From IMG/VR virus record IMGVR_UViG_3300013212_000088, positions 32,001-96,000 of that record: a stretch of DNA of 64,000 nt. One strand, given 5' to 3'. Each line of letters starts with the position of its first letter. Positions within the stretch are counted from its first letter, which is position 1. A model generated the notes under the pieces. That model was not told where the DNA came from. It saw only the letters and a list, made by a program, of their open reading frames with translations, and did not search any database. Source of the stretch: a virus. Lineage: Duplodnaviria; Caudoviricetes. Shown here one piece after another: positions 8,419-18,315 of this stretch. The position numbers were made by a program, and so were the translations under genes.

Positions 8419-10935
8419 TTAACTACTTATTATCTGGGTAATTGTTTTTGTTGAGTTTTTGTTGAATATAATAGACACTCTGTATCTATTATTATTCAAT
8501 GCGGTGCTATATGTACTTCCCAAAGACCATGCTATATTGCTGCCTGAAGTATTAGTAAGATCTTTTGCACCAATGGCTGAAGTTTTAGATATTCCAGTGC
8601 CACCCAAGCCTACTGGAATACCCAAATCAAACCAGACCTGATCTGTCTCTAAGAAAATTAATAAATTAAGACCTGTTGTTCCAGACCCTGAAGTTCCATA
8701 AGCATATAAATCACCCGAAGATATGCCTGTAAAAGCTAAAGTTCCTGATTTTGTAGCACCAACTTTGCTAAACCACCTTTGATATTCGAAAATATTATCA
8801 GTTGAATAATTATTGGCAGAACCAGACCATTGAGCATCATATTCTGATTGTATTGGAACTCTCAATGTGCCACTCCTGACTTGGGCATAAGCATTAGCAA
8901 GATTATCTAAGCTACTAAATGCCGTGCCTGATCCTGCACTATCATTTACTATTCTATAAACTTCATCTTGAAAATATTCATTATATGCGGTTGAAGTGTT
9001 ACCATATGTGTTAATATAATAATTAATAGCAGTATTTGAAGATGTTGAATTGATAACTTTAAATAGCCCCACTGTTAAATATTTATTGAATGATGATTGA
9101 TTAGAAGTATTTAAAGTTGCAGTTACATAATTTAAGCCTGATCTATCATATGTTGCATTGTATACAGGAGTACCGCTTTCTTCACCTGTCAAACTGAGAG
9201 TAACTAAGCCTGTTGCGGATATATTAGCTACTCTTGTTGCGTTGTAGCATCTGTTAAATATTCCAGAAGCAGCAATAAATGTAACCTGCCATGAAGTTCC
9301 AGATCCATAATATTTTAATCCTGATAGATATTTAAATACTTCTGTTGTTACTGTATTAGCTGGAGCAGTTGAAAAAGATGGTGTTGCTGCACCACTAACA
9401 CTATATGTATCTTTCCAAACCTCATAAAGATTTGACTCGCTAGAAGAACCTATGGAAGAAGGAGTCCATCTTAATGAGTTACCAGCATAACCATCTGTAC
9501 TTTGAGTGTATGCTTGAATATTTGTGTTAGCTTTATTCCAAATTGTATTTGTAGTACCAAGCGCAGTCACCCTCATTGTTCCAAGAGTATAAGTAGGAGT
9601 TGGATTTGTAGTTAAATCTATAAATGAAACTGCAGTACCAGAAGTATATGTAGAATCATATAAAATATGAGAAACAGTACCAAATGAAGCTGTATCTCCA
9701 GCTTTACCAGCAAAAAACTTTGTTGTTGGTGTGCTGGATAATGTTAAAGAACCAGTGACATAATATCTAGAAATTGTTGAACCAGTTGAAATACCAGCTC
9801 TATACCAATTTGCACTATTATTTGCTGCAACTTTAGCTGAATAAAATGTGGGAGAGCTTGAAATTGCTAATGTCATTCCAGACAAACCATCTGGTGCGGC
9901 TGGAGCTAATAAAGATAGCAATTCATTAATATCGTCAAAAGCATTAGCAGCAGTGGTTACACCAGGTGTCCAAGTAGTGAAATATCCATCTGTATATGTA
10001 GTATCAGTGGGAGTTCCTAAAGTATTGGATGTAGTTGGAGGAGCCCATTCCGGTTTGGTAGCTCCTGTTGCTACTGTTAATATATCTCCAGTGTTACCAA
10101 TTCCAAGCCTGTCCCAAGTAGAACCATTGTAATATAAAGTATCACCAGCAGTTTGTGATGTAATACTTAGCTGTGTTATATCAAATGTTTGAGCAGCTGC
10201 AAATGAAATTGCTTGCGTAAAAGTATTTGAACCAGTCCAGTTGAAATTGTATGATTCATCGACATATATAGTTCCAACTTCGTCAATTAAACCGCCAGTG
10301 ACAGTTATTCCAGTTCCAGGGTATATTCCTGTAACTCCAGCTCCACCAACTAACTGCCATCCTGCAGGCGTGAAAACTCTTAGTTTATTGGCTGTTGTGT
10401 CAAAGTAAACAGAACCATAACTAGAACCAAAAGAAGATTGAACACCAGCTTTGTTTGAAAATCTTAAGTATTCATTAAACTGAACATAACCAGTTACAGG
10501 TTGATTTGTTCCATCTAATCTAAGATAATTTAAATCAGCGTATCCAGCAGTAATACCAGAGCCACCACCGCCTGTAAGTGTGTTCCAACCTCCTGCGTAA
10601 TATATTTTTACTTCATTAGATACAGAATTAAAATATATTGCTCCGGTAGGTGGTGTGCCTGTAGGGTCTGTTGTTTTAGAAAGTAGTTGTAGACCGTATG
10701 TTGTGGAATTGGAAACATTAAATTGTAAGTTTCCAGTTATCGTTCCACCAGCAGTAGTAATAAAACCAGTTGAATCAAAGCCAAGAATTATATTATTAAA
10801 TTGTTTTAATAATGTGATTGGCGAGTCGGCTTGAATAGATACATCGCCACGGAATCCATTAAGGGTAGTGACAACATTATTAGCTGTCAGTGAGCCTACA
10901 ATTAATCTTGGTGGAACAATATAAAAATTAGCCAT
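8419..10935 (-). CDS. Large virion structural protein
   Basis: 838 aa, G/S/T-rich; GAIYFNS and GSVYFDT repeats; GTPTD..Y.DG...DINELL.LLAP.AP motif; tightly packed with neighbouring genes. Confidence 0.7.
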   Translation of the reverse strand: MANFYIVPPRLIVGSLTANNVVTTLNGFRGDVSIQADSPITLLKQFNNIILGFDSTGFITTAGGTITGNLQFNVSNSTTYGLQLLSKTTDPTGTPPTGAIYFNSVSNEVKIYYAGGWNTLTGGGGSGITAGYADLNYLRLDGTNQPVTGYVQFNEYLRFSNKAGVQSSFGSSYGSVYFDTTANKLRVFTPAGWQLVGGAGVTGIYPGTGITVTGGLIDEVGTIYVDESYNFNWTGSNTFTQAISFAAAQTFDITQLSITSQTAGDTLYYNGSTWDRLGIGNTGDILTVATGATKPEWAPPTTSNTLGTPTDTTYTDGYFTTWTPGVTTAANAFDDINELLSLLAPAAPDGLSGMTLAISSSPTFYSAKVAANNSANWYRAGISTGSTISRYYVTGSLTLSSTPTTKFFAGKAGDTASFGTVSHILYDSTYTSGTAVSFIDLTTNPTPTYTLGTMRVTALGTTNTIWNKANTNIQAYTQSTDGYAGNSLRWTPSSIGSSSESNLYEVWKDTYSVSGAATPSFSTAPANTVTTEVFKYLSGLKYYGSGTSWQVTFIAASGIFNRCYNATRVANISATGLVTLSLTGEESGTPVYNATYDRSGLNYVTATLNTSNQSSFNKYLTVGLFKVINSTSSNTAINYYINTYGNTSTAYNEYFQDEVYRIVNDSAGSGTAFSSLDNLANAYAQVRSGTLRVPIQSEYDAQWSGSANNYSTDNIFEYQRWFSKVGATKSGTLAFTGISSGDLYAYGTSGSGTTGLNLLIFLETDQVWFDLGIPVGLGGTGISKTSAIGAKDLTNTSGSNIAWSLGSTYSTALNNNRYRVSIIFNKNSTKTITQIISS

Positions 10936-10945
10936 GTTTCAAGTT

Positions 10946-12793
10946 TTAGATTTTTTCTATTACGGCCCAAATGGTAAAATTGTCAGCTTCATACAATTCT
11001 AATGTTTTAATAAAAATCATATCTCCTGAAGTGTAACGATCTTTAGAGAATGATATAGAGCTGGATTTATTTACAAATGCGTTTACGACGATGTTATGAT
11101 ATAAAATAGAGTCATTGTTACACACCAAGTTAATTTCAATATCTTCTTTAGGTGGAGTGTGACAGTAAATATCTACTCTTTTTAATTTCCATAAATCTCC
11201 GTTCTGTGCCTTTGAACTTGTAAAAGGAACTAACAACATGAATGGATTAATACAGTTAGATTTTAAGGTTGAATTATCACAAATCTTTAAAACATGGGTT
11301 TCTTTTGTTGAAAATGTATCTGTAAGGCAAACTTCTATTCCATTTTTATTAAAGTAAAGTTCGCCATTTCTTCTAAATATTTGGTCAGTGGTTTGTGAAG
11401 AATTATCAATATCATAAATAGTTAAAGATTTTACTCTTAAACTTCCATTAACTCTTGCATTATTGAACTCGTGATTACCTTGCCAATTAAACTCAGCATC
11501 AGTATTTATGTCAAGATTTAATTCGTCTTTAATTTTTTCTGATTTAATTCTTTCGCTTGCTTGTACTTGGGAAATTGGATACTTATATGATGGTAATTGA
11601 TTTGCTCCATTAGAAATTAAAGCCTGACCAATTTCTCCAGGATTTAAAACATATAATTTATTACTATCTGAGGATTTTAATAAAACAGATCCCAAAGCAG
11701 ATGAACTTAAATCTAATCCTGAACCGCCTTTATCTAGATTTAAAATTGTAGATAAAGTTTTTGCACTTCCATTAATATTAGAATCGACAGTACTGAGTTG
11801 ATATTCCTTTTCACCCTTAAATACTAAGTTTCCATCAGATTCTTGAATGAAATTAAACTTATTTAATTGTGTTCTTAATTCATTCTTAATATCAATCTCA
11901 GACCATTGCGGAATACCATTTTTTACAGTGAGGATATGGTTTTCCAGATTTTTAGATGATATTTTGCCAAGAATGTTATCATCTGTGGCTAAAACAATAT
12001 CTCCCCTGTCAATTGTATTAAATCCCAAACCGCCTTGATTGAATGAAATTGTGCCTTTAATATTTTCAGATTCAACAGACTTATCGGTTTTTTCGCTTAC
12101 TGATTTTAAAAGATTATCAAAAGAAATTGCATATGATTTAATTTCATCATCTTCTTCTAAATCAAATGAAATACCACTTTCAGTAATTCTTAATGTAGAT
12201 GAATATTTTTTAAAGTCTTGAAGCGTTGAATTACTATCTATTCTTTTATCAACATTTTCATCAAAGTTTTTCCATAAAAACTCATCATTTTCAAAAGATA
12301 AATAAGAATCAATAACTGGAGAAAGTGTTTTTAATTTGTTGGACTTATAATACACCAATCCTTCATTAGGGTTTGTGTGCCAACCTGTACCACCATTTTT
12401 TAATTCCAAAACACCTAAAGTTTCATTAGATAAAACAAGTGGAATCCATGTAAGAGCATTCCCATCAAAATGTAGATATGTAGAAGGTATTGAAGGTTCT
12501 AATAATGAAGGTTTACCCTGTACATTTATTAATAAGGATTGGCTCTTTGTATTTGAAAAAGTGATTTGATTTAAATTGAATCTTTGGTTAGGAGAAAACC
12601 TAATTTCTTTATCGAAAATATGTTTTCCTTTCCAGTGAAAGTCTAAATTAGGGTCAAATGAGCTAGAAATATCAGGTGTCATATCAGAGTTCTTGTACAA
12701 AAAAGGGATACTTATATAGTTCTTACTGTAGGATGAAAGCCCTTTAAAGGAAGAATTATATGAGATACAGAAATGAAAAAATAACGAAAACAA
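10946..12793 (-). CDS. Divergent K/N-rich paralog of the neighbouring structural proteins (start uncertain, possibly 12682)
   Basis: Retains L.L..GG.G...G.(I/V)(V/L) repeats, FNWQGNHEF (cf. FNWTGSNTF in 8419-10935) and GQALISNG...P (cf. GQALITNG...P in 5432-8416). Confidence 0.55.
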   Translation of the reverse strand: MFSLFFHFCISYNSSFKGLSSYSKNYISIPFLYKNSDMTPDISSSFDPNLDFHWKGKHIFDKEIRFSPNQRFNLNQITFSNTKSQSLLINVQGKPSLLEPSIPSTYLHFDGNALTWIPLVLSNETLGVLELKNGGTGWHTNPNEGLVYYKSNKLKTLSPVIDSYLSFENDEFLWKNFDENVDKRIDSNSTLQDFKKYSSTLRITESGISFDLEEDDEIKSYAISFDNLLKSVSEKTDKSVESENIKGTISFNQGGLGFNTIDRGDIVLATDDNILGKISSKNLENHILTVKNGIPQWSEIDIKNELRTQLNKFNFIQESDGNLVFKGEKEYQLSTVDSNINGSAKTLSTILNLDKGGSGLDLSSSALGSVLLKSSDSNKLYVLNPGEIGQALISNGANQLPSYKYPISQVQASERIKSEKIKDELNLDINTDAEFNWQGNHEFNNARVNGSLRVKSLTIYDIDNSSQTTDQIFRRNGELYFNKNGIEVCLTDTFSTKETHVLKICDNSTLKSNCINPFMLLVPFTSSKAQNGDLWKLKRVDIYCHTPPKEDIEINLVCNNDSILYHNIVVNAFVNKSSSISFSKDRYTSGDMIFIKTLELYEADNFTIWAVIEKI

Positions 12794-12795
12794 AA

Positions 12796-12829
12796 AAAAA
12801 TGTTTTGAAAAATGTTTTCTTCGAAGAAA
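12796..12829. promoter_or_regulatory. Candidate operator cluster between divergent genes
   Basis: AAAAATGTTTT direct repeat at 12796 and 12808 plus perfect 14-bp palindrome TTTCTTCGAAGAAA at 12816-12829. Confidence 0.35.
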
Positions 12830-12864
12830 TAAACTTATGTGTAACTTAATTAAGGAGTTTAAAA

Positions 12865-13743
12865 ATGGCCGTTAATTATCCATCATCTTTTAATAATGGT
12901 AGTGCTCCAGGGCAAAGAACAGTCAATAACGTCACTGACCGCAGAGACTTTCACTATTTCAATGCACCTAGCATTGCAACAGCAACAAACTTAACCGCAG
13001 TTGGTGCAGCTACCACTGCAGCGCTTCCTACTTCTGCATATTCCGCTGCTAATGGAACAATTACAGCTGGATCTGCTGCTACTCTTGTAGTTGATGGAGT
13101 GAATATTACTGCAGCAAACACCAGAGTATTAGTAAAGAACCAACCAGGTACTGGTATCAGTAACGGTATTTATGGCCTTTCTACAATTGGTGGAACCAAC
13201 GTACAATGGGTTCTTACAAGAACCACTGACATGAATGCTGATGCAGAAGCGTTAAGATTCTCATCAGTTTCTGTTTCAGCTGGTACAGTTAACAATGCTA
13301 CTAAGTGGTATTTATCAACTGAAGAACCAATCACTATTGGTTCTGACGCTATGGTTTGGACAGCAATGCCTACTGTTGTTAATTATCTTAGCGCTGCTAA
13401 CTACCCAACAGACGCTAATGTTGGTGTTGCTAACCTCTCAAATGCAACTGATCTTGTTGATGATTTTAGATCAATCCTCAATGTTCTTGAGTTTGAAATC
13501 AATGCAATTCAAACTTCATTTGGATCTGTAACAACATATGGCTTCCAATTTATGGCAGCTTCAAACAATCTTTCAATCAGAAACCTCAAGTCAAGAGCAG
13601 ACAAGTACGTCTTCGAGCTTAAAAGACTTAGAGAAGATATTGACAGAGTTACAACAGTTGGATTCCCAGGCAACGATATTGTTGGTATGGGTCTTACATC
13701 AGGATATCCATCTGGTAGAAACAGAGGATGGGGTCCTAACTAA
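12865..13743 (+). CDS. Virion structural protein with RVLVKNQ...NGIY module
   Basis: AAGGAG SD; VDGV.....TRVLVKNQ.....SNGIY......W.LTR.TDM motif; followed by a terminator; C-ending codon bias in the 3' half. Confidence 0.7.
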   Translation: MAVNYPSSFNNGSAPGQRTVNNVTDRRDFHYFNAPSIATATNLTAVGAATTAALPTSAYSAANGTITAGSAATLVVDGVNITAANTRVLVKNQPGTGISNGIYGLSTIGGTNVQWVLTRTTDMNADAEALRFSSVSVSAGTVNNATKWYLSTEEPITIGSDAMVWTAMPTVVNYLSAANYPTDANVGVANLSNATDLVDDFRSILNVLEFEINAIQTSFGSVTTYGFQFMAASNNLSIRNLKSRADKYVFELKRLREDIDRVTTVGFPGNDIVGMGLTSGYPSGRNRGWGPN

Positions 13744-13761
13744 TCTTAGTATTAGAAGACT

Positions 13762-13797
13762 AAAAAAGGGGAGAATCTTACGATTCTCCCCTTTTTT
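13762..13797. terminator. Bidirectional intrinsic terminator
   Basis: AAAAAAGGGGAGAATC-TTAC-GATTCTCCCCTTTTTT between convergent genes. Confidence 0.92.
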
Positions 13798-14433
13798 TTA
13801 CCAAATTGGCCCATGTTTAAGTTTAACTCTTAAATGATTAATATCATTCATGCAAATTGTTTGAAGAACTTTCAAAACTTTACTTGAATATCTACTTTGG
13901 GTTCCAGCACCATTGTACTTTCCCCACATATATCTAAGATTTCTACTTGAACCTGTGGCTCTGTCCATTGTTGAACCTCTTCTGACAGTGTGACGCAAAT
14001 GCGTAGATAATTCTTTTGTTCCCAAAGCAATATTCCCATAAACTGTGTATGGATTATATTGTTTTTTGGGATCAATATATCTAGCAGTGGATTTTAGTAC
14101 TTGCATCATCCCAATACATGGTTTGCTTTTCATACTAAACTCACTTTCTACATAAGCGGTTGAAGCGATTATATATGGATCGACTTTATATTTCTTTCCA
14201 TAAATAAACATTGCTTCAACAATTTTTGCAATATAAGAATCAGAATATTTAGGATTCACTAATTTGATGAATCCCTTGATTTTTTTTCTTTTTGCAAGTT
14301 CTCCTTTATTCACTTTAACTTCCAAAGTTAAAGATTTTTGACTTGGTTTTGCAATTCTGATTTCTTTATGTGGCAATATGTTTGACATAGCTGCCAAAGA
14401 AAGCAAAACTACTTTAATGTATCCCATAATCAT
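13798..14433 (-). CDS. Lytic transglycosylase (SLT domain) with N-terminal signal/anchor
   Basis: VDPYIIASTAYVESEF (catalytic Glu), GMMQV, YGNIALG, YNG motifs; hydrophobic N-terminus; AAGGAG SD. Confidence 0.85.
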   Translation of the reverse strand: MIMGYIKVVLLSLAAMSNILPHKEIRIAKPSQKSLTLEVKVNKGELAKRKKIKGFIKLVNPKYSDSYIAKIVEAMFIYGKKYKVDPYIIASTAYVESEFSMKSKPCIGMMQVLKSTARYIDPKKQYNPYTVYGNIALGTKELSTHLRHTVRRGSTMDRATGSSRNLRYMWGKYNGAGTQSRYSSKVLKVLQTICMNDINHLRVKLKHGPIW

Positions 14434-14493
14434 AGTTTCTCTCCTTTTTGGTTAACAAGCAAGGATTTACTTGAAAACTTTAGAATTATTTTA

Positions 14494-14510
14494 ATTGTAT
14501 ACTATACAAT
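14494..14510. promoter_or_regulatory. Palindrome carrying back-to-back -10 hexamers for divergent genes
   Basis: ATTGTAT-ACT-ATACAAT; reads TATACT on + and TATAGT on -. Confidence 0.4.
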
Positions 14511-14522
14511 AAAGGAACCGTA

Positions 14523-14843
14523 TTGTCAATGCATTCAGGCATAAAGAGCTTTTTCAATTTAGGTGGAAAAGATAATAATACTCAAAAAGAGATCTGTGTT
14601 ACTTGCAAATATTTGGGCAAGTCAATAGATGTTTGTTCAATTTTACCTGGCAAATCTATAAGGTGCTCGGTATGTGGATTGCCTGTGCATAGAAGCCACC
14701 GTACTTTATTTTCTGCAGAAGCCTATGTTTGCCCCTCTTGTGTAGATAGACAGACAGGATGGAGCATGGAAAGAAGTGCTAGTAAATTGACAGATGCGGA
14801 AGTAAATAAGATCTTTGGGAATATTTTTGGAGACGACAAATGA
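14523..14843 (+). CDS. Cys-rich zinc-binding protein
   Basis: CVTC, C, CSVC, H..H, CPSC; AAAGGA SD; TTG 14523 or ATG 14529 start. Confidence 0.6.
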   Translation: MSMHSGIKSFFNLGGKDNNTQKEICVTCKYLGKSIDVCSILPGKSIRCSVCGLPVHRSHRTLFSAEAYVCPSCVDRQTGWSMERSASKLTDAEVNKIFGNIFGDDK

Positions 14844-15208
14844 CTTTAGTAGAAAAATTAATTAAACTTGCTGAAGACCTAGAAAATGAGGGTTTTATTG
14901 AAGAATCTGATCAACTAACAAATGCAGTAGAAAAAGATATTCAACAAAATCCAACCCAATTATTGATAGATAAAGATGATGAAGAAATTCACGAAACAGA
15001 AAAACCAAATCCATCTATGCCTTCAATGCCAACTCCACAACAATCAATGCCAGAACTTACAGAAAATGTTAGTCAAATAGAAGATGAACTAACCGCTGGA
15101 ATATTAGCTTTATTGGCAAAGAATAATGATTTCGTTTTAGGTGAACAAGGCGAAATAGGTAATTCTGATAATGAGTTTGTTGACGCTCTGCTTAATTTAG
15201 CATCTTAA
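14840..15208 (+). CDS. Acidic hypothetical protein with N-terminal KLA..LE..GF...SD helix motif
   Basis: ATGA overlap with upstream gene; motif shared with the C-terminus of 33174-33854. Confidence 0.65.
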   Translation: MTLVEKLIKLAEDLENEGFIEESDQLTNAVEKDIQQNPTQLLIDKDDEEIHETEKPNPSMPSMPTPQQSMPELTENVSQIEDELTAGILALLAKNNDFVLGEQGEIGNSDNEFVDALLNLAS

Positions 15209-15426
15209 TTTACTTTTGTTTTTCTATCATAATCAGCTACACATTGGGGTGGTGGAACTGTAATTCTACAATCTTCACAATGTGACTGAGTATGTACAAC
15301 CCAATCTTGCCATGTTTTTAATTGATTAGTTCTTCTCATTGAATTAGAAGACATAGGCGCATAAGCTTCATTTTTCATAAAGAAGCTTTTCCCGCAGTCA
15401 TGACACAAACAGCTAATAACTGGCAT
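15205..15426 (-). CDS. Small zinc-ribbon-like protein
   Basis: CHDC...CEDC; likely start MPVISC at 15426. Confidence 0.5.
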   Translation of the reverse strand: MPVISCLCHDCGKSFFMKNEAYAPMSSNSMRRTNQLKTWQDWVVHTQSHCEDCRITVPPPQCVADYDRKTKVN

Positions 15427-15811
15427 ATGTTTTAAAGTCCACAATTTTATCAATCATAAAAGCATCGATTTCATGCTCATTTTTTAAGTAAGTAGCTGTA
15501 TTGTACTCATCTATATAGCAATGTATATATCCGTTAACAGAATTATAGCTAAAGTCCTTAATTAAGATGTTTGAAATATAATTACTCTTCTTTATTTCTA
15601 TATAATAATCTAAAACTTTATCCATTGGTCCAGAAACTGTATTTTCGACATACCAAAAGTTAGTTTCTTTTGGCGGTATTTCTTTTCCGATGTTAACTTT
15701 ATAATTGTAAGATGTTTCGGAAAAAGATTTAACTTCTTCGCCTGTTTCTTTATTATAGATTTCAAGAAGCTGATTTATTTTTTTATCAGTTCCATTCCAA
15801 ATTATATTCAT
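15413..15811 (-). CDS. Hypothetical protein
   Basis: 132-aa ORF, stop/start overlap with the upstream gene. Confidence 0.55.
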   Translation of the reverse strand: MNIIWNGTDKKINQLLEIYNKETGEEVKSFSETSYNYKVNIGKEIPPKETNFWYVENTVSGPMDKVLDYYIEIKKSNYISNILIKDFSYNSVNGYIHCYIDEYNTATYLKNEHEIDAFMIDKIVDFKTYASY

Positions 15812-16317
15812 TACAATCCCAGCATTTCTTTTATAGACTTACCTGTTAATAAGTTCATGAATGTTAAAAATGCACCAATACCACCAATAACCCATGCAGA
15901 TTTATTTAAAAGATTCTTGATGTCGAAATTATGTTTTTTCATTGATCTAATTTCCATCTCTATTTCGTCGAGATCTTTTTTAAACAACCTAGTCAATTCA
16001 ACTTTAGTGTTTTCTAGTTCTGCGCCAAAGTGAGATATTTGAGCAGTATATTCTTCTAATGAATTTTCAAAAGCTTCTTGTCTTGACTGCATTAATGACT
16101 GAAAGTTTTGAAACATTTTATCAAGCGCAAAATAATGTTTTTCAATACTTCTAAACTCAGTATTTGAAGAATCTTTTAACTCTACTAATGTATCTAAAAT
16201 ATCTTCTTGATTTTTGAGAACGTTTTGTAATGCAAAGTTAAAATCTAAATAAGCTTCTGTTTGAGCTTTTTGAATTACTTTAAATTGAGAGACACTAAGC
16301 TCCTCCTCTTCTTCCAT
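15811..16317 (-). CDS. Coiled-coil protein with C-terminal transmembrane helix
   Basis: Heptad-rich body followed by AWVIGGIGAFLTFMNLL. Confidence 0.6.
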   Translation of the reverse strand: MEEEEELSVSQFKVIQKAQTEAYLDFNFALQNVLKNQEDILDTLVELKDSSNTEFRSIEKHYFALDKMFQNFQSLMQSRQEAFENSLEEYTAQISHFGAELENTKVELTRLFKKDLDEIEMEIRSMKKHNFDIKNLLNKSAWVIGGIGAFLTFMNLLTGKSIKEMLGL

Positions 16318-16334
16318 AGCTTTGTGCCCCTTAA

Positions 16335-16676
16335 TTAAATTGCGTTAAGAACTTTTTGTAATCTTTTTGATGAATCTTTAAGTCTTTGGATTGGATCTTC
16401 TGCTGATTCTAATGTACACAAACAGCTATTTGTTCCATGATTAATATCTCTTTTATTGAGTTTAAAGTTCTTGCCAAAATGTGTAACTAATTTTGTGCAT
16501 CCTACTGAAAGATCTGCAGAATGAACAGAAATATCAAAGCCCTTTTTACTGTATTCTTCTGCTTTGGCATTCATTAGCACATTTCCAATTTTATCAACTA
16601 TCCACATTGGTTGATTAAAACTATCTATTAATGCTAATAATAACTTAGGTGGATTATTAAACTCTTGATTGTCCAT
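16335..16676 (-). CDS. Stand-alone PAS-like domain protein
   Basis: LLALIDSFNQPMWIVDKIGNVLMNAKAEE resembles the PAS N-terminal signature (L..l.d.....i.v.d..G.i...N..a); C-terminal helix. Confidence 0.5.
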   Translation of the reverse strand: MDNQEFNNPPKLLLALIDSFNQPMWIVDKIGNVLMNAKAEEYSKKGFDISVHSADLSVGCTKLVTHFGKNFKLNKRDINHGTNSCLCTLESAEDPIQRLKDSSKRLQKVLNAI

Positions 16677-16693
16677 TTTAGCCTCAAAGAACT

Positions 16694-17443
16694 TTAAAAG
16701 ATTCTATTGTAATATTCCTCAAAGGTTTTGTAACTTTCCTCGTCCTCCATTACAATAAATACATTTCTAATATTAGAATCTTTTTTGGATTTAAAGTAAG
16801 TTAGAATTGAGGATAATTGGACTCTAGCGGTATCTTCAATGTCATGAGTTCCGCAGTCGCATGGAATGATAACAACATTTCCAGCATTATTTGATTCTGC
16901 TAAATGTAAAGATTTTCGCATAGAAGATCTGATATCTTCTTCGTTAACTAGTCTTGATTCTCCAGCAACAACAGCGTGATAAATCGACTTAGGCTTTACT
17001 TGACTTTCATCTCCACCATTAGAAGTTATGTATACATGTCCCATTTTGATTGGTTTAGGATATGCATCACATTCTTGTTGGATTTTTCCTCTTGACAATC
17101 TATGAAACTTAGCATCATCAATTTGGAGAACATTGTTTGCTGGAAAAATTAAAACATCTGCCTTTACAGCATATGGATTTTCAATTTTATGTATTGAAAT
17201 CTTAGTTCCTTTAGTTTCTTGCTTAGGCTGTGGTTTTGCTTCTTGAATTGGTTCTGGTGTAACTTCAACCTTTTCAGGAGCACTTAAAAAGGAACATCGG
17301 TCTCTATTACCTTCACAATCTATATTCCAGTTTGTTTCCAAAAGTGGTAAATCGATTTTTGTAAAGTAAGAGACCGAATGTGTAGTTGATGTGGTTTTTA
17401 CGAAACAGTTTTTATTTTCTAGATATAATGGGCATAATTTCAT
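16694..17443 (-). CDS. Macrodomain protein with Cys-containing N-terminal extension
   Basis: KADVLIFPANN, G.VYITS.G, KSIYHAV, IRSSMRKSL.LA, VVIIP...G: macro fold order; canonical GGGV loop absent. Confidence 0.8.
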   Translation of the reverse strand: MKLCPLYLENKNCFVKTTSTTHSVSYFTKIDLPLLETNWNIDCEGNRDRCSFLSAPEKVEVTPEPIQEAKPQPKQETKGTKISIHKIENPYAVKADVLIFPANNVLQIDDAKFHRLSRGKIQQECDAYPKPIKMGHVYITSNGGDESQVKPKSIYHAVVAGESRLVNEEDIRSSMRKSLHLAESNNAGNVVIIPCDCGTHDIEDTARVQLSSILTYFKSKKDSNIRNVFIVMEDEESYKTFEEYYNRIF

Positions 17444-17473
17444 AGGGTATTACCTAAATGAAATTATACAATC

Positions 17474-18037
17474 TTAGATTAATCGTGCAAAATATGGTAA
17501 ATTTGTTCTAATAAAATTAAGATCAGACATAGACATAGAGCCCTTAAACTGTGACAAAATGGACTTAGCCTCTGTCATAAAGTTTTCTCTAGCATTAGGA
17601 GCTGAAGTCATAAATTGCCTATGTAATATTTGTAAATTCGGAATTAATTGATTGTAAGCATTATCTCTAACTTGTCCAGCAAAATCAGTGGCTTCGCCTT
17701 CCATGTATTTATTGAGCAATCTCTTTTTTTCTTCAGCTGGTATATTCATGGATTGTATTTGCAAAAGGATTTCAGGGCTGATTGTCATTTCTGAAGGTTT
17801 TCCACCTTCTTTAGAACCTTGAAAATCTCCGCCTTTAATTCCAACTCCAGACCATCCACCTAATTCGTTTGCTGATGATGCTGCAGAATTAACTCCACCA
17901 ATTTCACTTTTATCATCACTTTTTTGCTTTACTAGTTGATTATATAGTGGGCCTTTTGAAAATGGGCTTTGTGCAAGCTGAGACAATCTTTGGTTTTCTT
18001 TTTCAGAAGTCAACCTTGTAATTTTGTACATTGACAT
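17474..18037 (-). CDS. Hypothetical protein (MSMYKI.../RLSQLAQ)
   Basis: 187-aa ORF in a tight operon. Confidence 0.6.
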   Translation of the reverse strand: MSMYKITRLTSEKENQRLSQLAQSPFSKGPLYNQLVKQKSDDKSEIGGVNSAASSANELGGWSGVGIKGGDFQGSKEGGKPSEMTISPEILLQIQSMNIPAEEKKRLLNKYMEGEATDFAGQVRDNAYNQLIPNLQILHRQFMTSAPNARENFMTEAKSILSQFKGSMSMSDLNFIRTNLPYFARLI

Positions 18038-18306
18038 TATAATTTAACTCCTTTTTTTGCTAAAGCTGCAGATATTTCAGGAGATGTTTTCATCAAACCC
18101 TGTAATGATGATAATGAAGCATTAACTTTTTGTAAATACTCTAAAGCATTTTGATTTTTTACATCATCAGAAACATTACTTTTTGATATTCTGTAAAGTT
18201 CTGCAGTAACATCTTCGATAGTAAAGTTTGGAGTGTTTTTGGTGATAGCAGCAATCAAATTTGTTGATTGTTGGTTGTTTTGGGAAACTTTTATAAACTT
18301 GCTCAT
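18037..18306 (-). CDS. Hypothetical protein (MSKFIKVSQ)
   Basis: 89-aa ORF, stop overlaps the next start. Confidence 0.6.
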   Translation of the reverse strand: MSKFIKVSQNNQQSTNLIAAITKNTPNFTIEDVTAELYRISKSNVSDDVKNQNALEYLQKVNASLSSLQGLMKTSPEISAALAKKGVKL

Positions 18307-18315
18307 TTTTTCACC

